A stretch of 64,000 nt of DNA from a virus (lineage: Duplodnaviria > Caudoviricetes), in IMG/VR virus record IMGVR_UViG_3300032249_000574, positions 74 to 64,073 of that record. The stretch is one strand, 5' to 3'. Of the stretch, positions 19,916 through 28,462 are shown piece after piece. Both the position numbers and the translations under genes were made by a program. The notes beneath the pieces were generated by a model, which was not told the DNA's origin, made no database searches, and saw only the letters and a list, made by a program, of their open reading frames with translations. Positions within the stretch are counted from its first letter, which is position 1. The number at the start of each line of letters is the position of its first letter.

Positions 19916-21220
19916 GTGCCAGCATACTTTCCTGAGAATAACAACCCGCTTCCATTAGATACGGAAGTTCGGTCGCTACAAAAGATCAATGATTTGCTAA
20001 GAGGTGGAATCGGTCTTTCTCTCACCAACAGTGGTCTTGGCTCAGATGCTTTTGGACGTCTTCGTGTATCCGAGCCATTTACTCTTTTTGATTCCAGTCA
20101 TCGGTATCGAGACAATGGGTTGTGGAATTCGTCTGTAGCTACAGGTGGTGCTGTATCTTTTAACGCCAATCAAGGATTGATAGATCTTACTGTTACGGCT
20201 GCCTCTGGTTCTAAAGTCCTACGGGAAACAACTAAGGTTTTTTCTTATCAGCCCGGTAAGTCTTTACTAATTCTTAACACTTTTGTTTTTGCTGAAGCTA
20301 AGACAAACCTAAGGCAAAGGGCTGGGTATTTCGGTACAGACAATGGTCTATATCTTCAACTTGATGGATCCACCTTAAGCTTCGTTGAGAGGAGTTTATC
20401 TACTGGAACTACAACTACTGTTAACCAAGCCGATTGGAATGGTGATAAGTTAAATGGCTCTGGTCCTTCTGGTCTTACCCTTGATATCTCTAAAGCCCAG
20501 ATCATGTGGATGGATATCGAATGGCTTGGTCTTGGCACAGTTCGTCTTGGTTTCGTGATTAATGGCCAGTTTATCACTTGCCACTCTTTCCATCATGCCA
20601 ATTTAATTACTTCTACTTATATCACTACAGCGAGTCTCCCCCTCCGTCTTGAGATTGAGAATACAGGGGCCACATCAGGTTCAAGTACTATGAAACAGGT
20701 TTGCTCGAGTGTTATTTCAGAAGGGGGTTACCAATTAAACGGGGCGCAACAAGCAGCCTTTACCCCAATTTTAGATCCTTATACGCTCGTTACCGCTGGG
20801 ACATATTATCCGATCGTATCGATAAGACTTAAGAGTACGAGACTGGATGCTATAGCTGTTTTGACAGCACTTTCTTTTTTGCCGACCGAGGCTAATGATT
20901 ACAACTGGCAAGTGAGAGCTGGATGTACAACGGCTAACGGATCTTGGGGCAATGTAGATGCTAATAGTGCTGTCGAATATAATCTTACTGGGACTAGTGT
21001 AAGCGATGGTAGGATCTTGGCTTCTGGGTTTGTTAAATCCACAGCTACTGTCGGTCCGAGTATCGACATATTAAAAGAGGCCCTTTTCCGTTTCCAGTTA
21101 GAGCGAAATACTTTCACAACCACCCCGTCTGAACTTTCTTTTGTTGTAGCGACTTCTGGGTCTGGGACGGTAAGCAAAGATGTCTTTGCCTCAATGGATT
21201 GGGAAGAGATTTCTCGGTAG
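19916..21220 (+). CDS. Virion structural protein (head fibre/decoration, beta-rich)
   Basis: DAFGRLRVS.P.TLFDS, YQPGKS, WLG.G.VR.G motifs typical of phage structural proteins. Confidence 0.6.
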   Translation: MPAYFPENNNPLPLDTEVRSLQKINDLLRGGIGLSLTNSGLGSDAFGRLRVSEPFTLFDSSHRYRDNGLWNSSVATGGAVSFNANQGLIDLTVTAASGSKVLRETTKVFSYQPGKSLLILNTFVFAEAKTNLRQRAGYFGTDNGLYLQLDGSTLSFVERSLSTGTTTTVNQADWNGDKLNGSGPSGLTLDISKAQIMWMDIEWLGLGTVRLGFVINGQFITCHSFHHANLITSTYITTASLPLRLEIENTGATSGSSTMKQVCSSVISEGGYQLNGAQQAAFTPILDPYTLVTAGTYYPIVSIRLKSTRLDAIAVLTALSFLPTEANDYNWQVRAGCTTANGSWGNVDANSAVEYNLTGTSVSDGRILASGFVKSTATVGPSIDILKEALFRFQLERNTFTTTPSELSFVVATSGSGTVSKDVFASMDWEEISR

Positions 21221-21224
21221 GGTC

Positions 21225-21252
21225 TTGACACCCTACATCAACTAGTTACATC
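21225..21252 (+). promoter_or_regulatory. Promoter upstream of major capsid gene
   Basis: TTGACA-N16-TACATC immediately after upstream stop. Confidence 0.55.
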
Positions 21253-21259
21253 GTATCTC

Positions 21260-21445
21260 AGTTCTTTGGCAGAGGTGTCGATGCGATGGGGCTAACTCGC
21301 CTGCGCCCTACAGGCTACGCTTAAATGACACCGACGCGGTATCCGACGGCTAACGGGTACCCAACTAACTTCTAGGGCTTGCCGGCTCTTAAACTAAGAA
21401 ACGACAAAGAGACACGCTCATCGTGTGATGAGAAGTCTTCAGTCA
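21260..21445 (+). ncRNA. Candidate structured 5' leader of capsid mRNA
   Basis: Nested stems and repeated GGCTAAC loops in ~210 nt non-coding leader. Confidence 0.45.
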
Positions 21446-21470
21446 TTACTTTAACAAAGGAGATACTAAT

Positions 21471-22694
21471 ATGCCTTGTACGAATATTGAGAATCTTCTG
21501 ATTACTGAGTCCGGCCGTATCGGTGCGGATATCTATCGGAAGACTTTGAACACGTCCCCGTGGACGACTCTGGTTAAGCAAGAAGCTTGGCCGGATGAGA
21601 TGGGCACAACTGTTAACGTTCTGATCTATGAGCGGACCCTGCCGGCTTCCGGCGCTGGGATTACGTTCACGGACGTTGCGTATAACGGTGTCGGCACTCA
21701 AGTCATCGGCGCTACCCCTACCGGTTCTAACACCGGACCCGGAACCTGCGCTGTGGCTGGTAACGACCTCGGCTTCGCCCAGACTCTGCGAACCTATAAC
21801 CTCCAGCAGGCTGCAATCAACTCGCCTGATATCTGCTTGAACGACCTTCGCTTCCCCGTGAAGCGGCAGGAACAGCTCCGCAATATCATGTCGGTTCTGT
21901 CTGAAAACACGCAGTATGCTTGGGAAAACCGTTACCGTGACGAATACGTTCGTCTCGCTAACTACAACGTCAACGCTAACCAGACCGAACTTTTGGCGGC
22001 TTCCGGCCAGACCAAAGGTTCGTTCAGCACGAGCAATCTGCCTACGAGCCGGTTGACCCAGGGCATCCTGCGGTACTTCTACTCTCGGTTGATCCGTGAC
22101 GGCGCTGGTCAGAATGCATACGGCAAAGAAAACGGTGCTCCCGTGTTCTTGCTCGTCACCTCCCCCGAGGCTTCTGACGACCTAATCAAGCTCAATGCGG
22201 ACATCCGTCAGGATCTCCGTTTTGCGAAACCCAGCGAACTGATCCAGCCTCTCGGCGTCGAACGTAGCTATGCTGGTTTCTACCACTTGGTAGACACCAT
22301 GACTCCTCGCTACGACTTCGTCGGCGGAGCTTGGGTTCGTCGCTATCCGTATGCCACAGATGCTAACGCATCGAAGGGCACTCGGTTCATCCCGAATCCC
22401 GCGTACTTCACGGCGGAATACGAAGATTCCATTATCTTCCATCCCGACGTGTTCACCTCGCTGGTCGCGAAGCCCATCAGCTCCACCGGAGCTATGGCAT
22501 TCGACCCGCAGAGCTACCGCGGTGACTTCCGCTGGCGGAATATCCCCAGCCGGGATTGTAACCCTGACGGCACGATCGGATTCTTCCGGGCTATCTTTAG
22601 CTCCGGTTCGAAACCCGTTCGTCCTGAGCTCGGTGTGGTTATTCGCCACAAGCGCTGCGCGGCCGACTTCGGCCTCGTTGGTTGCTACTCGTAA
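21471..22694 (+). CDS. Major capsid protein
   Basis: 407 aa, AAGGAG RBS, strongly biased codons, own promoter and terminator, downstream of scaffold. Confidence 0.85.
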   Translation: MPCTNIENLLITESGRIGADIYRKTLNTSPWTTLVKQEAWPDEMGTTVNVLIYERTLPASGAGITFTDVAYNGVGTQVIGATPTGSNTGPGTCAVAGNDLGFAQTLRTYNLQQAAINSPDICLNDLRFPVKRQEQLRNIMSVLSENTQYAWENRYRDEYVRLANYNVNANQTELLAASGQTKGSFSTSNLPTSRLTQGILRYFYSRLIRDGAGQNAYGKENGAPVFLLVTSPEASDDLIKLNADIRQDLRFAKPSELIQPLGVERSYAGFYHLVDTMTPRYDFVGGAWVRRYPYATDANASKGTRFIPNPAYFTAEYEDSIIFHPDVFTSLVAKPISSTGAMAFDPQSYRGDFRWRNIPSRDCNPDGTIGFFRAIFSSGSKPVRPELGVVIRHKRCAADFGLVGCYS

Positions 22695-22710
22695 TCTGAG
22701 TAATTGAATT

Positions 22711-22753
22711 GAAGGGGGGCGTAGGTTACATCCCTGCGCCTCCCTTCTTTTTA
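22711..22753 (+). terminator. Rho-independent terminator after capsid gene
   Basis: GAAGGGGGGCGTAGG-TTACATC-CCTGCGCCTCCCTTC followed by T-tract. Confidence 0.85.
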
Positions 22754-22758
22754 TAAAT

Positions 22759-23097
22759 ATGAGTTGTGGATGCAACGAGTGTATGGCGAAACGCGGTCGT
22801 GGTCCTACCATGGTCGTAATTGCTATCGCTCCTAAAAAAGGAGAGAAGAATATGAAGATTGCTACGTTTGCAGTCCCGAAGGGTTTCACTCCGCCCGAAG
22901 GCGTCGTCGAGGGAGACACGTTCGAAGCTATGGCCACGTTTAAACACGGTGGCAAATCTTTGGATTTGGTTTCTATCGAAGGAGCCGAAGCGGAAATGCC
23001 CGAGATGGAAAAGGAAGAGACCAGCAAAGCCCCCGCTGAAGCTGGATTCGCCGAAGCTATCGAAATGGCAGCTGCCCCCGAAGGAAAGATGGCTTAA
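22759..23097 (+). CDS. Hypothetical acidic virion-module protein (alternative start 22852)
   Basis: ORF after capsid; AAAGGAG RBS precedes internal MKIATF. Confidence 0.6.
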   Translation: MSCGCNECMAKRGRGPTMVVIAIAPKKGEKNMKIATFAVPKGFTPPEGVVEGDTFEAMATFKHGGKSLDLVSIEGAEAEMPEMEKEETSKAPAEAGFAEAIEMAAAPEGKMA

Positions 23098-23412
23098 GTG
23101 AAGCGTGAGGTGAAGGGCGAAGGCTGGAGAGAGTTCGTCTGCGCGATTGTCGAGCAGGGACTTCACGATCTAGACTTCGCCCTCACCGCACCTATTGGCC
23201 GTAAGCTTGACCCGAAAAATTCTTTCACCGCATTACATTTTGATTTGTTTTTCGATCAAGTTCCCGGTCTTTGTGAAGCTGCCAATATCCGTGTATCGGC
23301 AGAAGCTATCGAAAGAAAAGTTCGGGGAAAGATTGACAAACTACGAACTATCAGGAATAGAAGGAGGGAGAAACTATGTCAGAACCAACTCAAGCAAACA
23401 TCGAGTTCGTAA
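23098..23412 (+). CDS. Hypothetical protein
   Basis: Abutting ORF in operon. Confidence 0.55.
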   Translation: MKREVKGEGWREFVCAIVEQGLHDLDFALTAPIGRKLDPKNSFTALHFDLFFDQVPGLCEAANIRVSAEAIERKVRGKIDKLRTIRNRRREKLCQNQLKQTSSS

Positions 23413-23690
23413 GCCAACTCCGAAGGGCTTTACTATTCGGGCAAATTACCCGCGATCAGTTGCGCGGTACTTCCGGAGAAAATCTCCAAGGAAGTAGCAT
23501 GTACCCAGCTTCGGCTGAATTTGTTCGTAATTTCCAACGTGCTGTTGGTTCCGGTCAGGTTACCAATGCTCAAATCGCAAACCCAAGTTTGATTCAATCC
23601 GTTGATACCTACGCTCGTGCCAATAACGATTTTGTTTTACAATGTAATAGGGCAGGTGCTGCTGGCCAGCTCGTAACAACCGTAACTTAA
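23376..23690 (+). CDS. Putative capsid decoration protein with internal repeat
   Basis: Two copies of EFV....RA...GQ[IV]T..Q motif; GGAG RBS. Confidence 0.6.
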   Translation: MSEPTQANIEFVSQLRRALLFGQITRDQLRGTSGENLQGSSMYPASAEFVRNFQRAVGSGQVTNAQIANPSLIQSVDTYARANNDFVLQCNRAGAAGQLVTTVT

Positions 23691-23700
23691 GGAGATATAC

Positions 23701-24297
23701 ATGCAAACAAACGCACCTGCTGGTGGAGAATGGGTTGATCAATATAATCGGGCAATTGCTTTCGGGCAGATCAATGTTGATTCGCTTGCTAATTTGCCTA
23801 AACACGCTTCGACCCATGCGACTGGTGGTTCTGATGTTATTACTCCAGCCTCGATTGGTGCTGTTTCGTTAGTTACAAATAATCCTACTACAGTTCCACA
23901 ATCAGTTTCTTTGAGAGTCGACGGGGTAAACCTTTTAGCTGCGGGTAACACAAACACTCTTTTGTACACCGTTCCCGCTGGTTCTACTTTCACAGCAAAT
24001 TCTGTCAAGGTGATCATCACAAGTAGCAACCAGAGTGTAGGATTTGGTACAGCTCCAGAATTTGAAATCCAGAACGGTTCTGGTATAAAGACATGTAACG
24101 TTTTGGCACTTGCTATCGCCCCTCGACTTTTCTCGGTCGGTGACGTGATTCTATCTGGCGGTAGTTTTGGTGGCGGAAGTACTTCCAGAAGAATATCAAC
24201 CGACACCGTTAATTTTAAAGTAGTCACAGCCGCATCTGGTGGCACAGGGGGTACTATGCTGGCTACAGTTTTTGTACAAGGCGAATTGTATTCTTAA
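23701..24297 (+). CDS. Putative head fibre/decoration protein
   Basis: Same N-terminal motif as upstream gene, HASTHATGGSD fibre motif, LYTVPAG beta-domain; AAGGAG RBS. Confidence 0.65.
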   Translation: MQTNAPAGGEWVDQYNRAIAFGQINVDSLANLPKHASTHATGGSDVITPASIGAVSLVTNNPTTVPQSVSLRVDGVNLLAAGNTNTLLYTVPAGSTFTANSVKVIITSSNQSVGFGTAPEFEIQNGSGIKTCNVLALAIAPRLFSVGDVILSGGSFGGGSTSRRISTDTVNFKVVTAASGGTGGTMLATVFVQGELYS

Positions 24298-24310
24298 TAC
24301 GGACTGACTT

Positions 24311-24628
24311 ATGGCACTATATCCCGAAGGCACAGCACCGCTACCCATGGACGATGTCCAGAGGGCAGCCAATAAAGCGAATGAATTGAGCCGTCAGACT
24401 TTGGGTCTAGGTGGATCTACTGTTCTCTCCGGAACTGGCACGGCTTCTAATGGTCCTTTCGTTACGATTCAACTTTTGAAAGACACGGCTATTAGCGCTA
24501 TCACAGCTCCTGGGATTACTGGGTCAGCCTCTTTAGCTACGTCACTTACTGCTGGAACCGTCATCTATGGCGATATTCGTTCTGTGACGATTTCTAGTGG
24601 TCTTCTTATCGCCTACAAGGCAGGATAA
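24311..24628 (+). CDS. Small virion protein (spike-base-like)
   Basis: G/S/T-rich beta protein ending AG.VIYG...VTISSG..IAY. Confidence 0.55.
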   Translation: MALYPEGTAPLPMDDVQRAANKANELSRQTLGLGGSTVLSGTGTASNGPFVTIQLLKDTAISAITAPGITGSASLATSLTAGTVIYGDIRSVTISSGLLIAYKAG

Positions 24629-24634
24629 ACTGCC

Positions 24635-26128
24635 ATGCCGAAACTCGGCCTTGGCCTCGGCCTAAATTTTTTGTCAGGCGCAATAGACACTTTCGGAACT
24701 GGTTTTTGGAAAGTTTCTCCAGTATCGATTCCTTTAACGCTTTCGGGTTTTCAAGTAAATGCTTTAGCCGGAATTCCCAACGTTGTAGTAGATTGGATAG
24801 ATGCGACTACTCAAGCACTGTCGTTGAATACTCCCGTTAACAAAACTTTTAACACCTATTCTAGGGATATTATTTCCCTGCTTCCCGCAGCAACTGTGAC
24901 GGGCGTTACCTGCGGCACAAGTTCCCCAAAGTTAAGGGGAAATATTAATCTTTCGATTTTTCCAAATTTACAAACATTTCGATGTGATAATAATGATATT
25001 GTTAAAATTATTGGGTATGAAAATAACAGTAATATAACAAGTGTTAGATTTTTGAACAACAAAGTGACAGGATCTATTCCAAATCTAAATGCACTTACTA
25101 ATCTTCAAACATATATTTGTCATACTAACTTACTAATAGGAAATATACCGAGCTTATCGAGCAATGTTAATCTTGTTACTTTCGAGTGTAACAACAACCA
25201 ACTCACAGGATCGATTCCAAGTTTAAGTGGATTAACTGATTTGCAAAATTTTTATTGTTATTCAAATCAACTCACAGGATCGATTCCAAGTTTAAGTGGA
25301 TTGATTAGATTACAAAATTTTGTTTGTCACTCAAATCAACTCACAGGATCGATTCCAAGTTTAAGTGGATTGAACGATTTGATAAATTTTTCTTGCCTCC
25401 AAAACCAACTCACAGGATCGATTCCAAGTTTAAGTGGATTGGGTAATTTACAAATTTTTTATTGCTACTCAAACCAACTAACAGGATCGATTCCAATTTT
25501 AAGTGGATTGAATAGTCTGAGAGATTTTGCTTGTTATTCAAACCAGCTCACAGGAACAATTCCAGGTTTAAGTTTATTAACTAATTTGCGGATATTCCGT
25601 TGCAACAATAATCAACTCACAGGAACAATTCCAAATTTAAGTGGATTGAATAATTTACAAGTCTTTTATTGCTATTCAAACCAACTCACAGGATCAATTC
25701 CGAATTTAAGCCAAACAACTGATTTGATAGATTTTCGTTGCAACAACAACCAACTCACAGGATCGATTCCAAGTTTAAACGGATTGTTTTTTTTACAAAA
25801 TTTTGTTTGTTACTCAAATCAGCTTACAGGATCAATTCCAAATTTAAGTGGGTTGGGTAATCTTCGGTCGTTTTACTGCTACTCAAATCAATTAACAGGC
25901 TTTGCAGGCGGCTCTATTCCTAATACTCTGGGTGATTTTAGAGCGGAAAATAATCTTTTAACATCTAGCGCAGTAAACGCAATCTTGGCAGCTTTTGTTA
26001 CAGCAAACAAAACAACTGGTACTAGAATTTTGAATTTGGGTGGAACAGGAAATGCTGCGCCTACTGGCCAAGGAATAACAGATAAAGCTACTCTTATCTC
26101 TAGAGGCTGGACAGTAACAACAAATTAA
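24635..26128 (+). CDS. Leucine-rich-repeat protein, probably virion-displayed
   Basis: MPKLGLGLGL N-terminus; 12 tandem 23-aa LxxFxCxxNQLTGSIPxLSGL repeats; C-cap ending RGWTVTTN. Confidence 0.9.
   Translation: MPKLGLGLGLNFLSGAIDTFGTGFWKVSPVSIPLTLSGFQVNALAGIPNVVVDWIDATTQALSLNTPVNKTFNTYSRDIISLLPAATVTGVTCGTSSPKLRGNINLSIFPNLQTFRCDNNDIVKIIGYENNSNITSVRFLNNKVTGSIPNLNALTNLQTYICHTNLLIGNIPSLSSNVNLVTFECNNNQLTGSIPSLSGLTDLQNFYCYSNQLTGSIPSLSGLIRLQNFVCHSNQLTGSIPSLSGLNDLINFSCLQNQLTGSIPSLSGLGNLQIFYCYSNQLTGSIPILSGLNSLRDFACYSNQLTGTIPGLSLLTNLRIFRCNNNQLTGTIPNLSGLNNLQVFYCYSNQLTGSIPNLSQTTDLIDFRCNNNQLTGSIPSLNGLFFLQNFVCYSNQLTGSIPNLSGLGNLRSFYCYSNQLTGFAGGSIPNTLGDFRAENNLLTSSAVNAILAAFVTANKTTGTRILNLGGTGNAAPTGQGITDKATLISRGWTVTTN
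25055..25900 (+). repeat. 69-bp tandem coding repeat (~12 units)
   Basis: Recurrent CAACTCACAGGATCGATTCCAAGTTTAAGTGGATT every 69 nt. Confidence 0.9.
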
Positions 26129-26129
26129 T

Positions 26130-26369
26130 ATGAAAATTTATTCTAATCAAAATATAAACGCTGAACATGTAATTCCCTTTCCAGATGAGGTGCATACTAC
26201 AGAACAAGAATGGTGGATGATTTATAATGCTGACACTAAAGTAATTGTAATAGAACCATTGCAATGCTCTGGGTATACATCTAGCCCATTCACAATGGTT
26301 ATCGCAGACACAAAAGAAGAATTAGATCAGTATATTGCAGACCATGGGTTGATTATCCAAACGAATTAA
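26130..26369 (+). CDS. Small acidic protein, possible partner/chaperone of LRR protein
   Basis: AT-rich like the LRR gene and directly downstream. Confidence 0.55.
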   Translation: MKIYSNQNINAEHVIPFPDEVHTTEQEWWMIYNADTKVIVIEPLQCSGYTSSPFTMVIADTKEELDQYIADHGLIIQTN

Positions 26370-26388
26370 CTTAAGCCACAGTATATTG

Positions 26389-26514
26389 ATGAACCCAACC
26401 CCCAAAGAAGAAGACCTCTTAGCCTGCATCAAATACCTTTGTGACGAGGGGTTCATTACTATCTACCAAGACGAAAACGACGAGTGGTTTGTCAAAATCG
26501 CAGAAAACGTGTAA
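26389..26514 (+). CDS. Small hypothetical protein
   Basis: Hand-translated 41 aa MNPTPKEEDLLACIKYLCDEGFITIY... Confidence 0.45.
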   Translation: MNPTPKEEDLLACIKYLCDEGFITIYQDENDEWFVKIAENV

Positions 26515-26523
26515 GGTAAGTGT

Positions 26524-26721
26524 ATGGCACCGAAGGATAACGAAAGACTAGCCCGAATCGAAACAAAGCTCGACGCCACCTTGGCCCACCTCAATGACCA
26601 CGAGGATCGGATTCGTAAGGTAGAGCAAGCTTGGTGGAAGCAGTCGGCTGTCATCGGTGCTCTAATTGCTTGTGTATCTTGGTTTGGGCCAGTCATTCGG
26701 AAACACTTTTTTGGTTCGTAA
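26524..26721 (+). CDS. XhlA/hemolysin-like small membrane protein (holin-associated)
   Basis: ERLARIETKLD...DHEDRIRKVE coiled coil plus one TM helix. Confidence 0.6.
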   Translation: MAPKDNERLARIETKLDATLAHLNDHEDRIRKVEQAWWKQSAVIGALIACVSWFGPVIRKHFFGS

Positions 26722-26749
26722 TTCTTACGCATGGAGCTATATTAAGCCC

Positions 26750-27136
26750 ATGAAATTACTAATCCTCCCGTTATTGTTATTGGTCGGTTGTTCCACAATT
26801 AAACCCAAAGGCTCTCCAGAATTTGGTGGGGTTACTCGGAGGGTCGATGCTGTCGAACAAGCGGTCAATGCAGGCAACCTTCCCGCCATCAAGAAGGAGT
26901 TCGGTAGCCTTAAGTCTCAACTATCTTCCGCCCAAGCCGCCTGCGAAGCCCAAGCTGGGGATTACGAACGTATGGCGAAAGAAGCCAACGACTGGAAAGC
27001 TAAACAGAGGAAAGCCTTGAAAGAACTATGGATCTATCGTGGTGCTCTTATCGCGTTAGCTCTATGGATCTTTAGGGGCTTTATCTTCGGTGGTATCATG
27101 TTCGTAGCTAGGAAGTTCGTGGGGATTCCTTGGTGA
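26750..27136 (+). CDS. Spanin-like lipoprotein (unimolecular architecture)
   Basis: Signal peptide with lipobox LVGC, coiled coil, C-terminal hydrophobic segment; in lysis cassette. Confidence 0.6.
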   Translation: MKLLILPLLLLVGCSTIKPKGSPEFGGVTRRVDAVEQAVNAGNLPAIKKEFGSLKSQLSSAQAACEAQAGDYERMAKEANDWKAKQRKALKELWIYRGALIALALWIFRGFIFGGIMFVARKFVGIPW

Positions 27137-27477
27137 ACTTCCTTAAGACCAACGTACAGGGCCTAATAGCCCTTGTGGTAGCCCTTGGGCTGTTCTTCGG
27201 GCTGGGACCCCTCCTTCAGCATATCGACCCCACAGCGGGGGTTATAGACATCGGAGCCCTACATTTACTGGTGTTCGGGTCAGTCAAGTTTTTGCTAGGG
27301 GTGTTCATGGTGTGGCTCGTCATCGCCTTCGACTGGAAGCCCTTCGACAAGTATCTGGACACCGAGGCTTTTGCTGACGACTTCCGTGACTTGCACCCAG
27401 AGACGAAAGCCAAGCTACTAGTCTATCTCTCCATCGGTCTTTTGATTACATTCGCGCTGTGTACCCGAGGTTCCTAA
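27130..27477 (+). CDS. Putative holin (3 TM helices)
   Basis: Three hydrophobic segments, directly upstream of endolysin. Confidence 0.6.
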   Translation: MVNFLKTNVQGLIALVVALGLFFGLGPLLQHIDPTAGVIDIGALHLLVFGSVKFLLGVFMVWLVIAFDWKPFDKYLDTEAFADDFRDLHPETKAKLLVYLSIGLLITFALCTRGS

Positions 27478-28016
27478 ATGTTCCGATCCTTCCAGCTCTG
27501 GGCTTTGCGACGTTGGTTCTCTCTGGAGGATTTGGAATGGGAAGTCCTGACCCGCAAGGTAGTGCTCGCGGAAAGATCATATCATTTGCGAAATCAACAA
27601 TCGGAATCAAAGAAGCAACAGGAAGAAACGACGGGAAAGAAGTCGAAGAAATCCTCAAAAGCGTTGGGCTCGAAAAGTCGGGCGCCCCGTGGTGTGCAGC
27701 CTACGTCGTCTGGGTTGGCGACTCTGCCCTCGGGCGAGATCGTAATCCCTACCCGAGAAGTGCGTGGTCTCCAGATTTCGTCAAAAAACCTAACTGGGAT
27801 CGAGGGCGTGGTCGACTACCCACCGAAGCAGATACCTTCGGGATCTATTTTCAAAGCCTTAAAAGAGTGGGGCACACGGGATTAATCGAGAGGGTATCAG
27901 GCGATTTCGCCATAACGATTGAAGGCAACACCAACAACGGGGGCAGTAGAGACGGAGATGGCGTGTATCGACGCCGGCGTCTCTTGAGTTCCCTGTTAGC
28001 AAAGGATTGGTTATGA
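27459..28016 (+). CDS. CHAP-domain endolysin with N-terminal hydrophobic signal
   Basis: G..E..G.N.G, PWCAAYV.W (Cys), GHTGLI (His), TIEGNT. Confidence 0.88.
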   Translation: MYPRFLNVPILPALGFATLVLSGGFGMGSPDPQGSARGKIISFAKSTIGIKEATGRNDGKEVEEILKSVGLEKSGAPWCAAYVVWVGDSALGRDRNPYPRSAWSPDFVKKPNWDRGRGRLPTEADTFGIYFQSLKRVGHTGLIERVSGDFAITIEGNTNNGGSRDGDGVYRRRRLLSSLLAKDWL

Positions 28017-28426
28017 GTTTAAGAATCGGTGCCGTTGGAGTACAGAGAGTTTCGGCCAAACTATTGGAACATGGTTTCCTAGTTAATCTTCCAGTATTCG
28101 ATTCTGGGTATGACTTGGTATCGGACTGGGGAGGTAAACTGCACCGAATCCAAGTTAAGTCGACCATCGGGAACGAAGACCACCAACGTAGAAGAAAGAT
28201 TAAGTTTTTAGCAGTTAAGGGACCAGGATATGGTTGGGCGGCAAAGATGAATGCACATAAAGCTAAAAGTATCTATAGTCGTAGCGATTGCGACACTTTT
28301 ATATTCTATCACATTGGGCAGGACGCCCTGTTTATTATGCCTCGATCTAAGATGCCTAAGACCAAGTCTATCTATTTGGAACCCAATTCGAAATGGCGTG
28401 ATAACTGGGCTGTTATCAAAGACTAG
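28013..28426 (+). CDS. PD-(D/E)XK endonuclease (group I intron-associated PDDEXK_5-like), free-standing
   Basis: G..V.LP..D..YDLV......RIQVKS and Y....CD.FI.Y motifs. Confidence 0.75.
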   Translation: MSLRIGAVGVQRVSAKLLEHGFLVNLPVFDSGYDLVSDWGGKLHRIQVKSTIGNEDHQRRRKIKFLAVKGPGYGWAAKMNAHKAKSIYSRSDCDTFIFYHIGQDALFIMPRSKMPKTKSIYLEPNSKWRDNWAVIKD

Positions 28427-28462
28427 TTGCCGTCCGTTTGAGAATACGATACATACGATTCT

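Noticed and set aside
22182-23166. Long antisense ORFs over capsid and other genes (also 49770-50552, 61832-62551, 2819-3433)
   Set aside because: Shadow ORFs of codon-biased real genes, with no motifs or RBS
25055-25900. 69-bp constant/variable repeat as a CRISPR array
   Set aside because: Units are in-frame coding LRRs; the variable parts are homologous to each other rather than unique spacers; no cas operon
28013-28426. Group I intron around the PD-(D/E)XK endonuclease
   Set aside because: Flanking endolysin and nozzle genes look intact and abut the ORF, leaving no room for an intron core
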